Below, one piece after another: positions 46,898 through 56,561 of a stretch of DNA of 64,000 nt. This DNA comes from Minisyncoccota bacterium (GTDB taxonomy: Bacteria; Patescibacteriota; Minisyncoccia; Phycocordibacterales; UBA2100): contig DATJXE010000004.1 in the NCBI GenBank assembly GCA_035500505.1, positions 126,977-190,976 of the forward strand, in the 5' to 3' direction. A model generated the notes under the pieces. The model ran no database searches and had not been told where the DNA came from. It saw only the letters and a list, made by a program, of their open reading frames with translations. How positions within the stretch are numbered: the first letter of the stretch is position 1; every line of letters begins with the position of its first letter. The position numbers were made by a program, and so were the translations under genes.

Positions 46898-49800
46898 GTG
46901 CAGTGTATACTTGTGGATATGAGCGCGCGCGACTTTTGCCATTTGCACACCCATTCGCACTATTCCCTCCTTGAAGCCCTGCCCCGAATACCCGATCTCG
47001 TCGCCGCGGCCAAAAAAGACGGCCAAAAAGCCCTCGCGCTGACCGACAACGGTAACCTCTACGGTGCCATCGAGTTCTACAAGGAGTGTAAAGCGAACGA
47101 GCTAAAACCCATCATCGGCATGGACTTTTTCGTGGCACCGCGGACGCGACACGACAAGGAGCATCGTATCGATGACCAGCTCGGCAGGCTCATGCTGCTC
47201 GCCAGGAGCCGGATCGGGTACAGGAATTTGCTCAAACTGGTCTCGGATTCGTATCTCGAAGGCTTTTATTACCGCCCGCGCATCGACCGCGAACTCATCG
47301 AGCGGTATCACGAGGGTCTCATCGCGATACTCCCCTCGCACGGCGGAGAGGCCGCATACGGGCTTCGCCACGGCGACAAGGCCCGTGCGTCACAAGCGTT
47401 GGAATGGCACAAAAAAGTGTTCAACGAAGACTGCTACCAAGAAATAACGAAGCACCCCGAAATACCCGAACACGAAAAAGAAATGAACGCGCTTATCGCG
47501 CTTGCACGGCAAAGCGGCGTCGAACTCATTGCGGCGCACGATGTGTATTATCTGGACCCGGACGACGGACTTGCGTGCGACCTCGTCAACAAGATCCGCA
47601 GTGGTGGCACGCTCGACCGCGAGAACGGCGAGTACCGCATGCGGGATTTTTCTTTCGTGCCGAAAAAGAGAATGGAGGAACTCTTTGCCGACCTGCCGGA
47701 AGCGCTCCAAAATGCCGCGAAGGTCGCCGATTCGTGCAACCTCGAGCTCGATCTCGGCAAAGCCATCTTTCCGCTCTTTCCCATTCCCGAAGGTTCGACC
47801 GCCGACAAGGAGCTGCGCAAGCTCGCCGAAGCGGGCATCGCGGAGCGCAGCATGAAAGACTCGCCGGAATTGCGGCAGCGCATGAATTATGAATTGGGCA
47901 TTATCGAGAAAAAAGGCTACGCGTCGTACTTCCTCATCGTCGCGGACCTTCTGAACCACGCGCGCGATGTGGGTATTTTCACCAACACCCGAGGCAGCGC
48001 AGCCGGCTCGCTCGTCTCCTACCTCTGCGGCATCACGACGGTCGATCCGATAGCGTTCCAAATGCCGTTCGAACGCTTCTTGAACCCGGAGCGGCCGAGC
48101 GCGCCGGATATCGACATGGACATCGACGCGTACCGTCGCGACGAACTCATCGAATACGCAAGGCAAAAATACGGCAGCGACAAGGTCGTGCAGATAGGTA
48201 CTTTCGGCACGATGCTCGCGCGCGCCGCCGTGCGCGACGTCGCGCGCGCGCTCGGGCAGCCGTACGGCCTCGGCGATCGCATCGCGAAGCTCATCCCCTT
48301 CGGCAAACAAGGCTTTCCGGTGTCCATCGGAGGGTCGCTCAAGGAGGTCCCGGAACTCAAGCAGGTGTATGACGCGGATGCGGACGCGCGCGAAGTCCTC
48401 GACTTGGCGCTCAAGATAGAAGGCAACGCGCGGCACGTGGGCGTACACGCGGCAGGCGTCGTCATCGCTCCCTCGGCCGTCACCGAGTACTCCCCCATCC
48501 AGCTCGACCCCAAAGGCGGCAAGACCATCACGCAGTACGACATGTACTCCATCGTCGACGAATACGGCGGCGTCGGGCTCCTCAAGTTCGACATGCTCGG
48601 CCTCACCAACCTCTCCGTCCTGGCCGATTCCGCCAAACGCGTGAAGGAGCGCCTCGGCGTCGAGGTCGACCTTGAACGCCTCCCGCTCGATGACAAAAAG
48701 GTCTACGACATGCTCTCCCGCGGAGAAACGCTCGGTGTCTTCCAAATGGCCGGCTCCGGCATGACCGCGTACCTCAAAGATCTGAAACCTACCGTCATCC
48801 ACGACCTCAACGCGATGGTCGCGCTATACCGTCCCGGCCCGATGGCCTTCATTCCCGAATATATCGAGCGCAAGAAAAATCCCGCGCGCGTGAGATACCT
48901 GGACCCGCGCATGGAAAAGATATTGAAACCAACGTATGGCGTTCTCATCTACCAGGACGACGTCATGATGATAGCGGTGGAACTCGCCGGCTACTCGTGG
49001 GGCGATGCCGACAAATTCCGCAAAGCGATGGGCAAGAAGATCCCGGCGGAAATGCAGGCGCAGAAAGAGAAGTTCCTGAAAGGCTGTATTGAGCGCGGCA
49101 TGAAGCCGAATGTCGCGAAGGAATTGTGGGAACAAATAGAAACTTTCGCCGCCTACGGGTTCAACAAGGCGCACGCCGCGAGCTACGGCAACCTCGCGTA
49201 CAAAACCGCGTACATGAAGGCGAATTTTCCCGTCGACTACATGGCGGCGCTCCTCACTGCGGAGTCGGGCGATGTCGAGAAGATCGCGGAAACGGTCGCC
49301 GAATGCAAGCGCATGGGCATCAAGGTGTGGCCGCCCTCCGTACAGGAAAGCATGGGCACGTTCACCGTCATCGACGAGGAGAACATCCGCTTCGGACTCA
49401 ATTCGATAAAGAACTTCGGCTCCGGCGTCGCCGACGCTATCATCGCGGCCCGCGACGCTGACTCCTTCAAAGACGTTGCGGATTTCCTGGCACGGGTCGG
49501 CGACAAGAACCTCAATAAAAAACAGCTCGAGTCGCTCATCCAATCCGGCGCTATGGATGAATTCGGCGAGCGCGGCAACTTGCTCGCCAACATCGACCTG
49601 CTCCTCGACTACCACCGCGAACACCTGAAAGCTCCGTCGAACATGGGCTCGCTCTTCGGCGGCGCAGCGCAGGCAGCTCCGGCGCCGCTCAAGCTTCCGC
49701 CTTCGGACCCCGCGTCGATGGACCAGCGGCTGGCCTGGGAAAAGGAGCTTCTCGGTCTCTACATTTCCGGCCACCCGCTCGATAAGCACCAATCCAAGCT

Positions 49801-50092
49801 CCAGAACGCAAAAATAACGATAAAACACGCCAAGGAGAACCTGCGCGGCATCGAGACCGTCATCGCCGGCTACATCGAATCCACGCAGCCCATCCTCACC
49901 AAGAACGGCGAAAAGATGCTCTTCGCAAAGATCGCGGATTTTTCGAGCTCCATCGAGCTCGTCGCCTTCCCGCGCGTCCTCAAAGAGAACGAGTCGCTCT
50001 TCTCGCCGGGCAACTGCATCATGCTCAAAGGAAAAATATCCGAGAGAAATGGGGAGCCCAGTTTCGTCGTTGAACGAGCGCGGGCGCTGTAA
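46898..50092 (+). CDS. dnaE: DNA polymerase III alpha subunit
   Basis: PHP domain HLHTHSHYSLLEA, polymerase core, OB-fold C-terminus; 1064 aa. Confidence 0.95.
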   Translation: MQCILVDMSARDFCHLHTHSHYSLLEALPRIPDLVAAAKKDGQKALALTDNGNLYGAIEFYKECKANELKPIIGMDFFVAPRTRHDKEHRIDDQLGRLMLLARSRIGYRNLLKLVSDSYLEGFYYRPRIDRELIERYHEGLIAILPSHGGEAAYGLRHGDKARASQALEWHKKVFNEDCYQEITKHPEIPEHEKEMNALIALARQSGVELIAAHDVYYLDPDDGLACDLVNKIRSGGTLDRENGEYRMRDFSFVPKKRMEELFADLPEALQNAAKVADSCNLELDLGKAIFPLFPIPEGSTADKELRKLAEAGIAERSMKDSPELRQRMNYELGIIEKKGYASYFLIVADLLNHARDVGIFTNTRGSAAGSLVSYLCGITTVDPIAFQMPFERFLNPERPSAPDIDMDIDAYRRDELIEYARQKYGSDKVVQIGTFGTMLARAAVRDVARALGQPYGLGDRIAKLIPFGKQGFPVSIGGSLKEVPELKQVYDADADAREVLDLALKIEGNARHVGVHAAGVVIAPSAVTEYSPIQLDPKGGKTITQYDMYSIVDEYGGVGLLKFDMLGLTNLSVLADSAKRVKERLGVEVDLERLPLDDKKVYDMLSRGETLGVFQMAGSGMTAYLKDLKPTVIHDLNAMVALYRPGPMAFIPEYIERKKNPARVRYLDPRMEKILKPTYGVLIYQDDVMMIAVELAGYSWGDADKFRKAMGKKIPAEMQAQKEKFLKGCIERGMKPNVAKELWEQIETFAAYGFNKAHAASYGNLAYKTAYMKANFPVDYMAALLTAESGDVEKIAETVAECKRMGIKVWPPSVQESMGTFTVIDEENIRFGLNSIKNFGSGVADAIIAARDADSFKDVADFLARVGDKNLNKKQLESLIQSGAMDEFGERGNLLANIDLLLDYHREHLKAPSNMGSLFGGAAQAAPAPLKLPPSDPASMDQRLAWEKELLGLYISGHPLDKHQSKLQNAKITIKHAKENLRGIETVIAGYIESTQPILTKNGEKMLFAKIADFSSSIELVAFPRVLKENESLFSPGNCIMLKGKISERNGEPSFVVERARAL

Positions 50093-50170
50093 CGTTATCC
50101 ACAGTATTGACGTGAGCGTGAGAGGTTCTATTCTACGCGCAGGATTTGAACAACTGAAAAGGGTACGGGG

Positions 50171-50522
50171 AATGACTCATCATGCGCAATTCGATCGGAA
50201 ACTTTTCGCCAAGGCGGAGCGCTCCGTAAAACGTTTGAACGGGCATCCGACACCGGAAAATTCTCTAATCAAGGAATGCAGTCAACAACTCAAACGAATG
50301 TGTCCGGTATCGTTCGTTGAGTACAGCCAAATGGGCTACGTGGAGCGTCGAAGGATCCGCAGGGCAGTTCGTTCCGCGCTTGAGTTGAAAGAAACGCCGA
50401 CGGACGAGATCGCATACGGCGAATTCAGGCACATGATCGGCCACTGCGAGGACCCGATGTCGCCCAACACGAATCGTGGCAGACTGAGCCGTCTTTTGCA
50501 CTACTTCGCCTCGAGCACCTGA
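50171..50522 (+). CDS. hypothetical protein (117 aa)
   Basis: ORF between dnaE and thrS; Cys/His-containing. Confidence 0.3.
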
Positions 50523-50607
50523 TCCAAGTTCATCGCGAATTGAAGCGCGGCAAGGAGCCGCGTTTCTTTTTTGCACCTCACTGATTCCCTGCTATCATCC
50601 TTGGAAT

Positions 50608-51849
50608 ATGGCCGAAAGCGACGATCTGAAGGACCGAGACCATAAAAAGCTCGGCAAAGAGCTGGACCTCTTCACCTTTTCCAACGAGGTCGGCAAAGGA
50701 CTTCCTCTCTGGACCCCTAAAGGCTCCGTCATCCGCCGAGAGCTTGAACGTTTCATCGTCGACGAGGAGATAAAGCGCGGGTATCTGCATGTGTATACGC
50801 CCGATATCGCGAAGCTCGACCTCTACAAGAAGAGCGGCCACTATCCGCACTACAAGGATTCCATGTACGCTCCCATTACTATCGACGACGAGGAATTCAT
50901 GCTGCGGCCCATGACGTGCCCGCATCATTTTGAGCTCTACCTTTCTCGCCCGCACAGCTATCGCGAACTTCCCATCCGCTACGCGGAACTTGCGAAATTG
51001 TACCGCTACGAGCAATCCGGCGAGCTCATGGGACTCCAGCGCGTCCGGACGTTCGAGCTCTCCGATGCACACATCATCTGCGCGACCGAGGAGCAGGCCG
51101 CCGAGGAGGTCTCGAAGGCGCTCGACCTTATCGAGTATGCCGCAGGCGTGTTCGGCCTGAAGCTCGGCAAGGATTTCCACTTCCGGCTCTCCTTGGGCGA
51201 TCGGAACAACACCGAGAAGTACTACAAGAACGACGCGGCATGGGAGAAGGGGGAAATGCTCCTTCGGGAGGTGTTGAAAAAGCGCGGCGAGAAGTTCGTT
51301 GAAGCGAAGGATGAGGCCGCGTTCTATGGCCCCAAGATCGACGTACAGATGAAGAACGTGAACGGCAAGGAGGACACGGCTTTCACGGTGCAATACGACT
51401 TCTGCATGCCGGACCGCTTCGACCTGACCTATGTGGCGGAAGACGGCTCAAAAAAGCGCGCCTTCGTCATCCACCGTTCTTCGATCGGCGCCATCGAACG
51501 GCTCGTCGCGTTCCTCATCGAATTCTATGCAGGTGCCTTTCCTCTTTGGCTCTCTCCGGTCCAGGTCGCGGTGCTGCCGGTATCCGAAAAACACGCGACC
51601 TACGCGCAGAGCGTCTTCGAGGAACTTAGGGCAGCGGGCATTCGCGCTGAACTTTCGGCAGACGATTCGCTCGGCAAACGCATCCGCAACACGAAACTCG
51701 AGAAAATCCCCTACTTTATAGTCGTCGGAGATCAAGAGGTCTCAGACTCCACCGTCACCGTAGAGAATCGCGCCGGGCAGAAAAAGACGGAGGGTATCGC
51801 TCCGCTCATTGAAAAACTGAAACGCGACATCGCTTCGCGCGCGATGTAA
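50608..51849 (+). CDS. thrS: threonine--tRNA ligase, catalytic + anticodon-binding domains only (413 aa)
   Basis: Class II motifs: MTCPHHFELY, KLYRYEQSGELMGLQRVRTFELSDAHII, anticodon-binding VAVLPVSE; N-terminal TGS/editing domains absent. Confidence 0.9.
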   Translation: MAESDDLKDRDHKKLGKELDLFTFSNEVGKGLPLWTPKGSVIRRELERFIVDEEIKRGYLHVYTPDIAKLDLYKKSGHYPHYKDSMYAPITIDDEEFMLRPMTCPHHFELYLSRPHSYRELPIRYAELAKLYRYEQSGELMGLQRVRTFELSDAHIICATEEQAAEEVSKALDLIEYAAGVFGLKLGKDFHFRLSLGDRNNTEKYYKNDAAWEKGEMLLREVLKKRGEKFVEAKDEAAFYGPKIDVQMKNVNGKEDTAFTVQYDFCMPDRFDLTYVAEDGSKKRAFVIHRSSIGAIERLVAFLIEFYAGAFPLWLSPVQVAVLPVSEKHATYAQSVFEELRAAGIRAELSADDSLGKRIRNTKLEKIPYFIVVGDQEVSDSTVTVENRAGQKKTEGIAPLIEKLKRDIASRAM

Positions 51850-51869
51850 CCAGAACGGCACAACAAAAA

Positions 51870-51900
51870 CTCCCGCGTCAAAAGCGGGAGTTTTTGTTTT
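51870..51900. terminator. bidirectional intrinsic terminator (CTCCCGC-GTCAAAA-GCGGGAG + TTTTTGTTTT)
   Basis: Perfect 7-bp stem between convergent thrS and 51940..53244. Confidence 0.7.
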
Positions 51901-51939
51901 CACTTTGGAGCGACGCGAGGGCGGCGGACTTTGGTGAAG

Positions 51940-53244
51940 TTAGTTGCGCGAGATGACGATGCGCGGTGCGCCGCCACTGTTCGTGATGGACATCGAGTCG
52001 CTCGTCGGGCGGTCGAAGCCCATGACCGGAAGCGCTTCGATGGTCGAGACTTTCGACGGAGCTTCGATGCGCGTTTCAACGACCGGGGCAACTTTCTTTT
52101 CGATCGTCACCGGAGTGAACGTGCGGCGAGGGATCATCGAGCCCGCGAAGAGTGCCATGCCGCCTTTGTAGTAGACCAAGAGGTAGCCGGCAGCAACCGC
52201 GAAGACCGCGAGCATCAGCCAGTACATCGTGTCACCAAGCGTGCCGAGGTCGAAGCCCGTGTACGGTATCTGCGAGAGCGAGACCGACGGATAGGCGTTG
52301 CCGACCGAAACGTAGGTGTTGCACGTCGCGCTCTGGCCGTTGTAACCGTAGACCGTGAGCACATAGCTCGTCGAGCCGTACGGGTGGACGCTCAAGCTTC
52401 CGCTCGGAGCGACGTTGCCGTAGCTCGAGAGCGTCGCCGAGGTCGCGCCGTAGCTCTGCCAGCTGAGGTAGGTGTACTGACCGTTCTGGATGGAGTTGGG
52501 CGAGGCGTAGATGGAGCACGAGACGTTCTGGTAGTTGTAGTACGTCGGATAGGTGTAATTGTAGTTGTACGGGTAGGTGTACGTCGGGTAAGTGTATTGC
52601 ACCGGGTAGTAGGTCGTCGGGACCTGCGCGATCGGGATGACCGTGGTGGTCGTGTTGGTGTTGCCGCTGTTGCTGATGTTCGTGTTGCAGCTTCCGCCCG
52701 TGCAAGTGTTGTACGTCGAGTTCGAGATAGGCGTTACGATCTGTTGCTGCTGCTGCTGCTGCTGTTGCTGTTGCTGCTGCTGTTGGACGACCGGAGCAGA
52801 GTAATAGCTGCGCGGTGCCGAGATCGCGAATGGAGTGGAATAACCGATCGAGTAGTTGTAGGTCGGGATGGAGTAGTTGTTGTAGCCGTAGCCAGTGTCT
52901 CCGTAGATCGGGTAGGTCTCCTCAGAGTACGTTACGCCGCCTTCCTCGACGCAAGTGTCGCAGCCGCTAAAATCGAGATAACCGCCGTTGTCGCCTGAGA
53001 TGTCCGCATAGCCGCCGTTGTCGCCGGAGAAGTCCAAGTATCCGCCGTTGTCGCCGGAAGTATCCACGTAGCCGCCGTTGTCGCCGGAGAAATCGAGGTA
53101 GCCGCCGTTGTCGCCGGAGAAGTCGATATACCCGCCGTCATCCTGGGCGTGCGCAAAAAGCGGAAGGGCAAGAGCGAAGCCGGAAAGGACCAAAGCTCCC
53201 GTCAAGAGGATAGAAAAGGCTTTCAAATTTAGCTGTGCGGACAT
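51940..53244 (-). CDS. type I membrane-anchored surface protein: 6x DNGGYxDxSG decapeptide repeats, poly-Q tract, Y/N-rich segment, beta domain, C-terminal TM
   Basis: Signal peptide AFSILLTGALVLSGFALALPLFAHA; repeats and low-complexity segments seen directly; TM YWLMLAVFAVAAGYLLVYY near C-terminus. Confidence 0.6.
   Translation of the reverse strand: MSAQLNLKAFSILLTGALVLSGFALALPLFAHAQDDGGYIDFSGDNGGYLDFSGDNGGYVDTSGDNGGYLDFSGDNGGYADISGDNGGYLDFSGCDTCVEEGGVTYSEETYPIYGDTGYGYNNYSIPTYNYSIGYSTPFAISAPRSYYSAPVVQQQQQQQQQQQQQQQIVTPISNSTYNTCTGGSCNTNISNSGNTNTTTTVIPIAQVPTTYYPVQYTYPTYTYPYNYNYTYPTYYNYQNVSCSIYASPNSIQNGQYTYLSWQSYGATSATLSSYGNVAPSGSLSVHPYGSTSYVLTVYGYNGQSATCNTYVSVGNAYPSVSLSQIPYTGFDLGTLGDTMYWLMLAVFAVAAGYLLVYYKGGMALFAGSMIPRRTFTPVTIEKKVAPVVETRIEAPSKVSTIEALPVMGFDRPTSDSMSITNSGGAPRIVISRN
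52741..52785 (-). repeat. CTG/TTG (CAG/CAA in coding strand) trinucleotide tract of about 15 units encoding poly-glutamine
   Basis: ctgttgctgctgctgctgctgctgttgctgttgctgctgctgttg. Confidence 0.85.
52966..53145 (-). repeat. six tandem 30-nt in-frame repeats (GCCGCCGTTGTCGCCGGAGAAGTCNAGGTA-like) encoding DNGGYxDxSG
   Basis: Visible periodicity in DNA and protein. Confidence 0.8.
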
Positions 53245-53383
53245 ATGCGTGGTGGTTTACTTGTAAATTAGTAATGCTTTTGTAAGACGTGAGAATTATA
53301 CTTACATTTTTCCTTATGTCAAGTATTGAGAATTTCGGGGGACGGGCCTTTTTTAGTGGCCCGCCCCTCGGAGTTTGAAGCGT

Positions 53384-53800
53384 CTACTGGCGCCACGCTT
53401 CGATCGTGTCGGAGTGACGCGGCTGCGGTTGCGGCTGCGTCGACGCCGGCGCCGGGGCGTTCGCCGGCGAGTTGTCGGCGTGCGGCACATAGCCGCGATC
53501 GCACAAGACGTGGGTGCGATAGTCGCCGCGGAACTTCTGCTCGGCCGTCATCGCCATCTTGGGCCCGCCAGTCGTATTCTTGACCTTGACGAGCTTGATG
53601 GCGCGCATCGGGCAGACTTTGCCGAAGCCGGGCGTCATCATGTTGGCGGTGATGGGAGCGCCGTTCCAGTCGCCGCCGGTGATGGTCCAGGTCTGGCCTT
53701 CGAACTCGAAGGTGTTGTTGGGATTGGACTGCGCCTGGGCGGCGTTGGCGGCAGTGAGCGCGGCGATGCAGATCGCCGAAGTAAGGAGGAACTTTTTCAT
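53384..53800 (-). CDS. secreted hypothetical protein with signal peptide
   Basis: MKKFLLTSAICIAALTAANAAQAQ signal; Pro/Gln-rich C-terminus. Confidence 0.5.
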   Translation of the reverse strand: MKKFLLTSAICIAALTAANAAQAQSNPNNTFEFEGQTWTITGGDWNGAPITANMMTPGFGKVCPMRAIKLVKVKNTTGGPKMAMTAEQKFRGDYRTHVLCDRGYVPHADNSPANAPAPASTQPQPQPRHSDTIEAWRQ

Positions 53801-54011
53801 CGGATTTCCCTTTGCAAAGGTCCCTCGGCTCACATCGAAGCTGATGTGCGAGGGCTGTATGGGCGCGAATTCTCGTGCACAGACAGCCCTCGCAAAGTAG
53901 ACGTTGAATCAAAGAACAACGGTTGAAAGCCGAACCAGCAGATTAGGATAATCCCTTGGCTTTGGCTATTAACCGCGACATTATATCACCCACAACTAGA
54001 TTGTCAAGTAT

Positions 54012-54050
54012 GTAAAACGACCCGGGCTATAGAGGCTCCGGGCCGTTTTC
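54012..54050 (-). terminator. candidate intrinsic terminator for 54072..54809
   Basis: Hairpin GGCCCGG...CCGGGTC with flanking T-rich runs on both strands. Confidence 0.35.
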
Positions 54051-54071
54051 TGCACGAAGCAGAATTAGACT

Positions 54072-54809
54072 TCAGCAGTCGGGCTCAATGGCGTAAATGG
54101 GCGCGCCATTGCTCATTTCGCCGACCTTGGTTCTGCTCTTGACTAAAGAGCAATCTTTTTCACCATTGCCAGCAATGTGCCCATCACCGGCATCGGCCGC
54201 CTTGTTGAACGTGAACCTGACTCCATTGCCGAGTGTCGCCATGGCGAGCACCGCAATGAGAAGTATCACGAGGATCACGATGACAACGCTCGCAGCCGAG
54301 CCGGGAACCGGCGGGGCAACGGGCGCAGGGATCGTCGGAGGCAGGGGTGCAGGCGGTGCGATTGCTCGCGCAGCCGTCACTTGCGTCCACGCCGGCCCAT
54401 GCTTGTGCGATTGGAACACCAGCAATGAGAGCCAGCTGAATACCAGGAGTACGATCAGTAAGTCCCTGGCATGGGGCACAGCGAGCAGATCAACGGTCTT
54501 GGGATCGTTTTGTTGCAGGCCGAGGAATACCCAGCCAGCAGTGAGCGTAATGACCAAGCACGCCGTTGCCGAAGCAAGGTAGCTCAACCAGTAAAGCGGC
54601 ATGTTGCCACCTTCGCCGAGTGCGGCATTCAGCAGTTCCAACGCGATATAGACGATCGCGATGTACATGCCATCCTGCACGAGTGAGATCGTCAGGCCAT
54701 AAGCGTTGATGTCCTTCAGACCGATGACGTAGTAGGTAGCCGCAGCCGCAGCCGTCGCGAAGACGACAACAGCGTCGAGCCACGTGATTGTAACGCGCAG
54801 CGGGTTCAT
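54072..54809 (-). CDS. polytopic membrane hypothetical protein
   Basis: AAGGAAG RBS before ATG 54809; 6+ TM helices; Pro/Ala-rich segment PPAPLPPTIPAPVAPPVPG. Confidence 0.5.
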   Translation of the reverse strand: MNPLRVTITWLDAVVVFATAAAAATYYVIGLKDINAYGLTISLVQDGMYIAIVYIALELLNAALGEGGNMPLYWLSYLASATACLVITLTAGWVFLGLQQNDPKTVDLLAVPHARDLLIVLLVFSWLSLLVFQSHKHGPAWTQVTAARAIAPPAPLPPTIPAPVAPPVPGSAASVVIVILVILLIAVLAMATLGNGVRFTFNKAADAGDGHIAGNGEKDCSLVKSRTKVGEMSNGAPIYAIEPDC

Positions 54810-54852
54810 GGTACTTCCTTTCGTTACCGTTGGAGTTGTTGGATTCGGGGTT

Positions 54853-55206
54853 TCAGGTTCGGGTTCGTCCGACGTGCTTGTTGCATATCCGACGAACCAG
54901 GCGAAAGGTACCGCCGATGCCAAGCATGATCAGCTTGACGGCGGCCACCGCTTCCGAAAAGAGTAATATCCGCTCGAAGTTGATGAACCTCGAGAATGTT
55001 TCGAAACGATCACCCCAATCCGGAGCGAACGTTTCGATCAGACTTCCGACGTGTTTGACCAGACCAAGATTGAGGTCCAGTCCATCGTTCAGCAATTTCG
55101 GCTTGAGGATAAATACAAGCACGAAACAAATTGCCGTAACAGTGAAGGCGCCCCCCTTGAAGAGGTGGTGCCTGCCTTGCTCCCACATGTATCGGTGCCA
55201 CCTCAT
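54853..55206 (-). CDS. membrane hypothetical protein (117 aa)
   Basis: Hydrophobic helices; immediately upstream of 54072..54809. Confidence 0.4.
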   Translation of the reverse strand: MRWHRYMWEQGRHHLFKGGAFTVTAICFVLVFILKPKLLNDGLDLNLGLVKHVGSLIETFAPDWGDRFETFSRFINFERILLFSEAVAAVKLIMLGIGGTFRLVRRICNKHVGRTRT

Positions 55207-55307
55207 GGCCCCTCCTTGATTTTGAATGAGCTCGCCTGCGCCGAAGCGCAGAGCGAACGAGCATAGTATAGTAAAAGTGGCCCCCTGTCAAGGGTTACCG
55301 GCTTTCT

Positions 55308-56519
55308 CTAGAGACTCCGGATCCGACTTGCGACAGTGTTAACATCGGAGCGCGTATACGCAGTGCCGAGCAACGAAGAAATATATCGCAAGATGGCATT
55401 CCAAAAGCCCCGTTCTCCTTGCGTGTTCATTTCGGCGTGATACTTGTCGTCCAACCAATGTTGCGCAAGTTCTTCGCTCACACCCGGATCGCTTCTATGC
55501 GCCCAGCGCGGGTCGGTCGAGAGAGTACGCAACGAGTTGTCAGAAGCCGCTGTGTCTTTCATGAGCTTCTCCATTTTCGTTTGTGCGTTTTTCAAACCGT
55601 CGTAGGCTTGCTTCGTTTCAATCGGCGCATTCGGCTGAAGCGCCTCGCGAGTGAGTACTGACCCAGCGACACCCTCCTGGAGGAATACTGTGCGCAGCGC
55701 GTTGCTGATCTCCGAAGTGTAGCGAAGCCTGTCGGCACCGTGTTTTCGATAGTTGTCGACGATAGCGGAAATACGGCCCAAATTCTGCTGAAAGCCAATC
55801 TGGTTTATGCCGGATTTTAGGTTCGACAACATTGAGTCTCTCCCCTGCATGCGCGCAGCAGCAGCCGATGTCAAAAGTTCTTTCCAGTCATCCCGGTCGA
55901 TCGCTTGCATGACAGTGCCTTTGTCGATGCCATATTTTTCCGCGGTGGAGAACAGCTCGCTCAGTGCTGTCCAATCCGATTTCGCGAAATTACGAGCTCC
56001 AGCCAAGCTGTTGACGATGGCGGCGTATCGTCCTGGGTCCTTGTACGCGTAAACCTTCAGCGCGCGGCCAACTCTGTCTTTTGCGCTCGAATCATCGAGG
56101 GCGAGAATACCGGCTATCTCCGATTCTCCGGGGTGGAGGGCTACCACTCGTGCGATGGTTTCTATGTCTTCGTCCGAGACGAACTTCTCTGCGGTCTTTA
56201 CTGCATCAAGGCCTCGCTGATACTTCCCCATGAGCGAAGGAAGTTCCTTTTGCTCTTCGAGCGAAAGTTCGACGGTCGGCGACGCGTCCGGGCTCTGCGC
56301 GATCAAGTTCAGTTTATTCGAGAGCGACATCAAACGCTGTTGACGCTCGACATCCGGGCGTACTGGCCCCGCAGCCGAAGTGATAGCTGATATGTTTCTA
56401 AGTTCCTCTTCAGCGATCGCCGCGAAGTTGAGTGATTTTTCTTTATCGTTTAAAAGATCTTTTATACCCAACGTTTTAGGCGCTTCCCGTACCGCGCTCC
56501 CGATGCGTTCCATCTTCAT
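55308..56519 (-). CDS. hypothetical protein (403 aa), predominantly helical
   Basis: Long ORF, no recognisable motif. Confidence 0.5.
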   Translation of the reverse strand: MKMERIGSAVREAPKTLGIKDLLNDKEKSLNFAAIAEEELRNISAITSAAGPVRPDVERQQRLMSLSNKLNLIAQSPDASPTVELSLEEQKELPSLMGKYQRGLDAVKTAEKFVSDEDIETIARVVALHPGESEIAGILALDDSSAKDRVGRALKVYAYKDPGRYAAIVNSLAGARNFAKSDWTALSELFSTAEKYGIDKGTVMQAIDRDDWKELLTSAAAARMQGRDSMLSNLKSGINQIGFQQNLGRISAIVDNYRKHGADRLRYTSEISNALRTVFLQEGVAGSVLTREALQPNAPIETKQAYDGLKNAQTKMEKLMKDTAASDNSLRTLSTDPRWAHRSDPGVSEELAQHWLDDKYHAEMNTQGERGFWNAILRYISSLLGTAYTRSDVNTVASRIRSL

Positions 56520-56561
56520 ACGGGCATGATAGCAACGAAGACGATACGCGCAAACGCCATA

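Noticed and set aside
51931-52998. 355-aa plus-strand ORF with poly-Leu run
   Set aside because: Antisense of the repeat protein; poly-L is just the complementary reading of the CAG/CAA tract.
52741-53145. Possible CRISPR array (30-nt and 3-nt tandem repeats) and 59290..59720 (18-nt repeats)
   Set aside because: Repeats are contiguous with no unique spacers, are in-frame inside ORFs with signal peptides, and no cas genes are present; they are coding tandem repeats.
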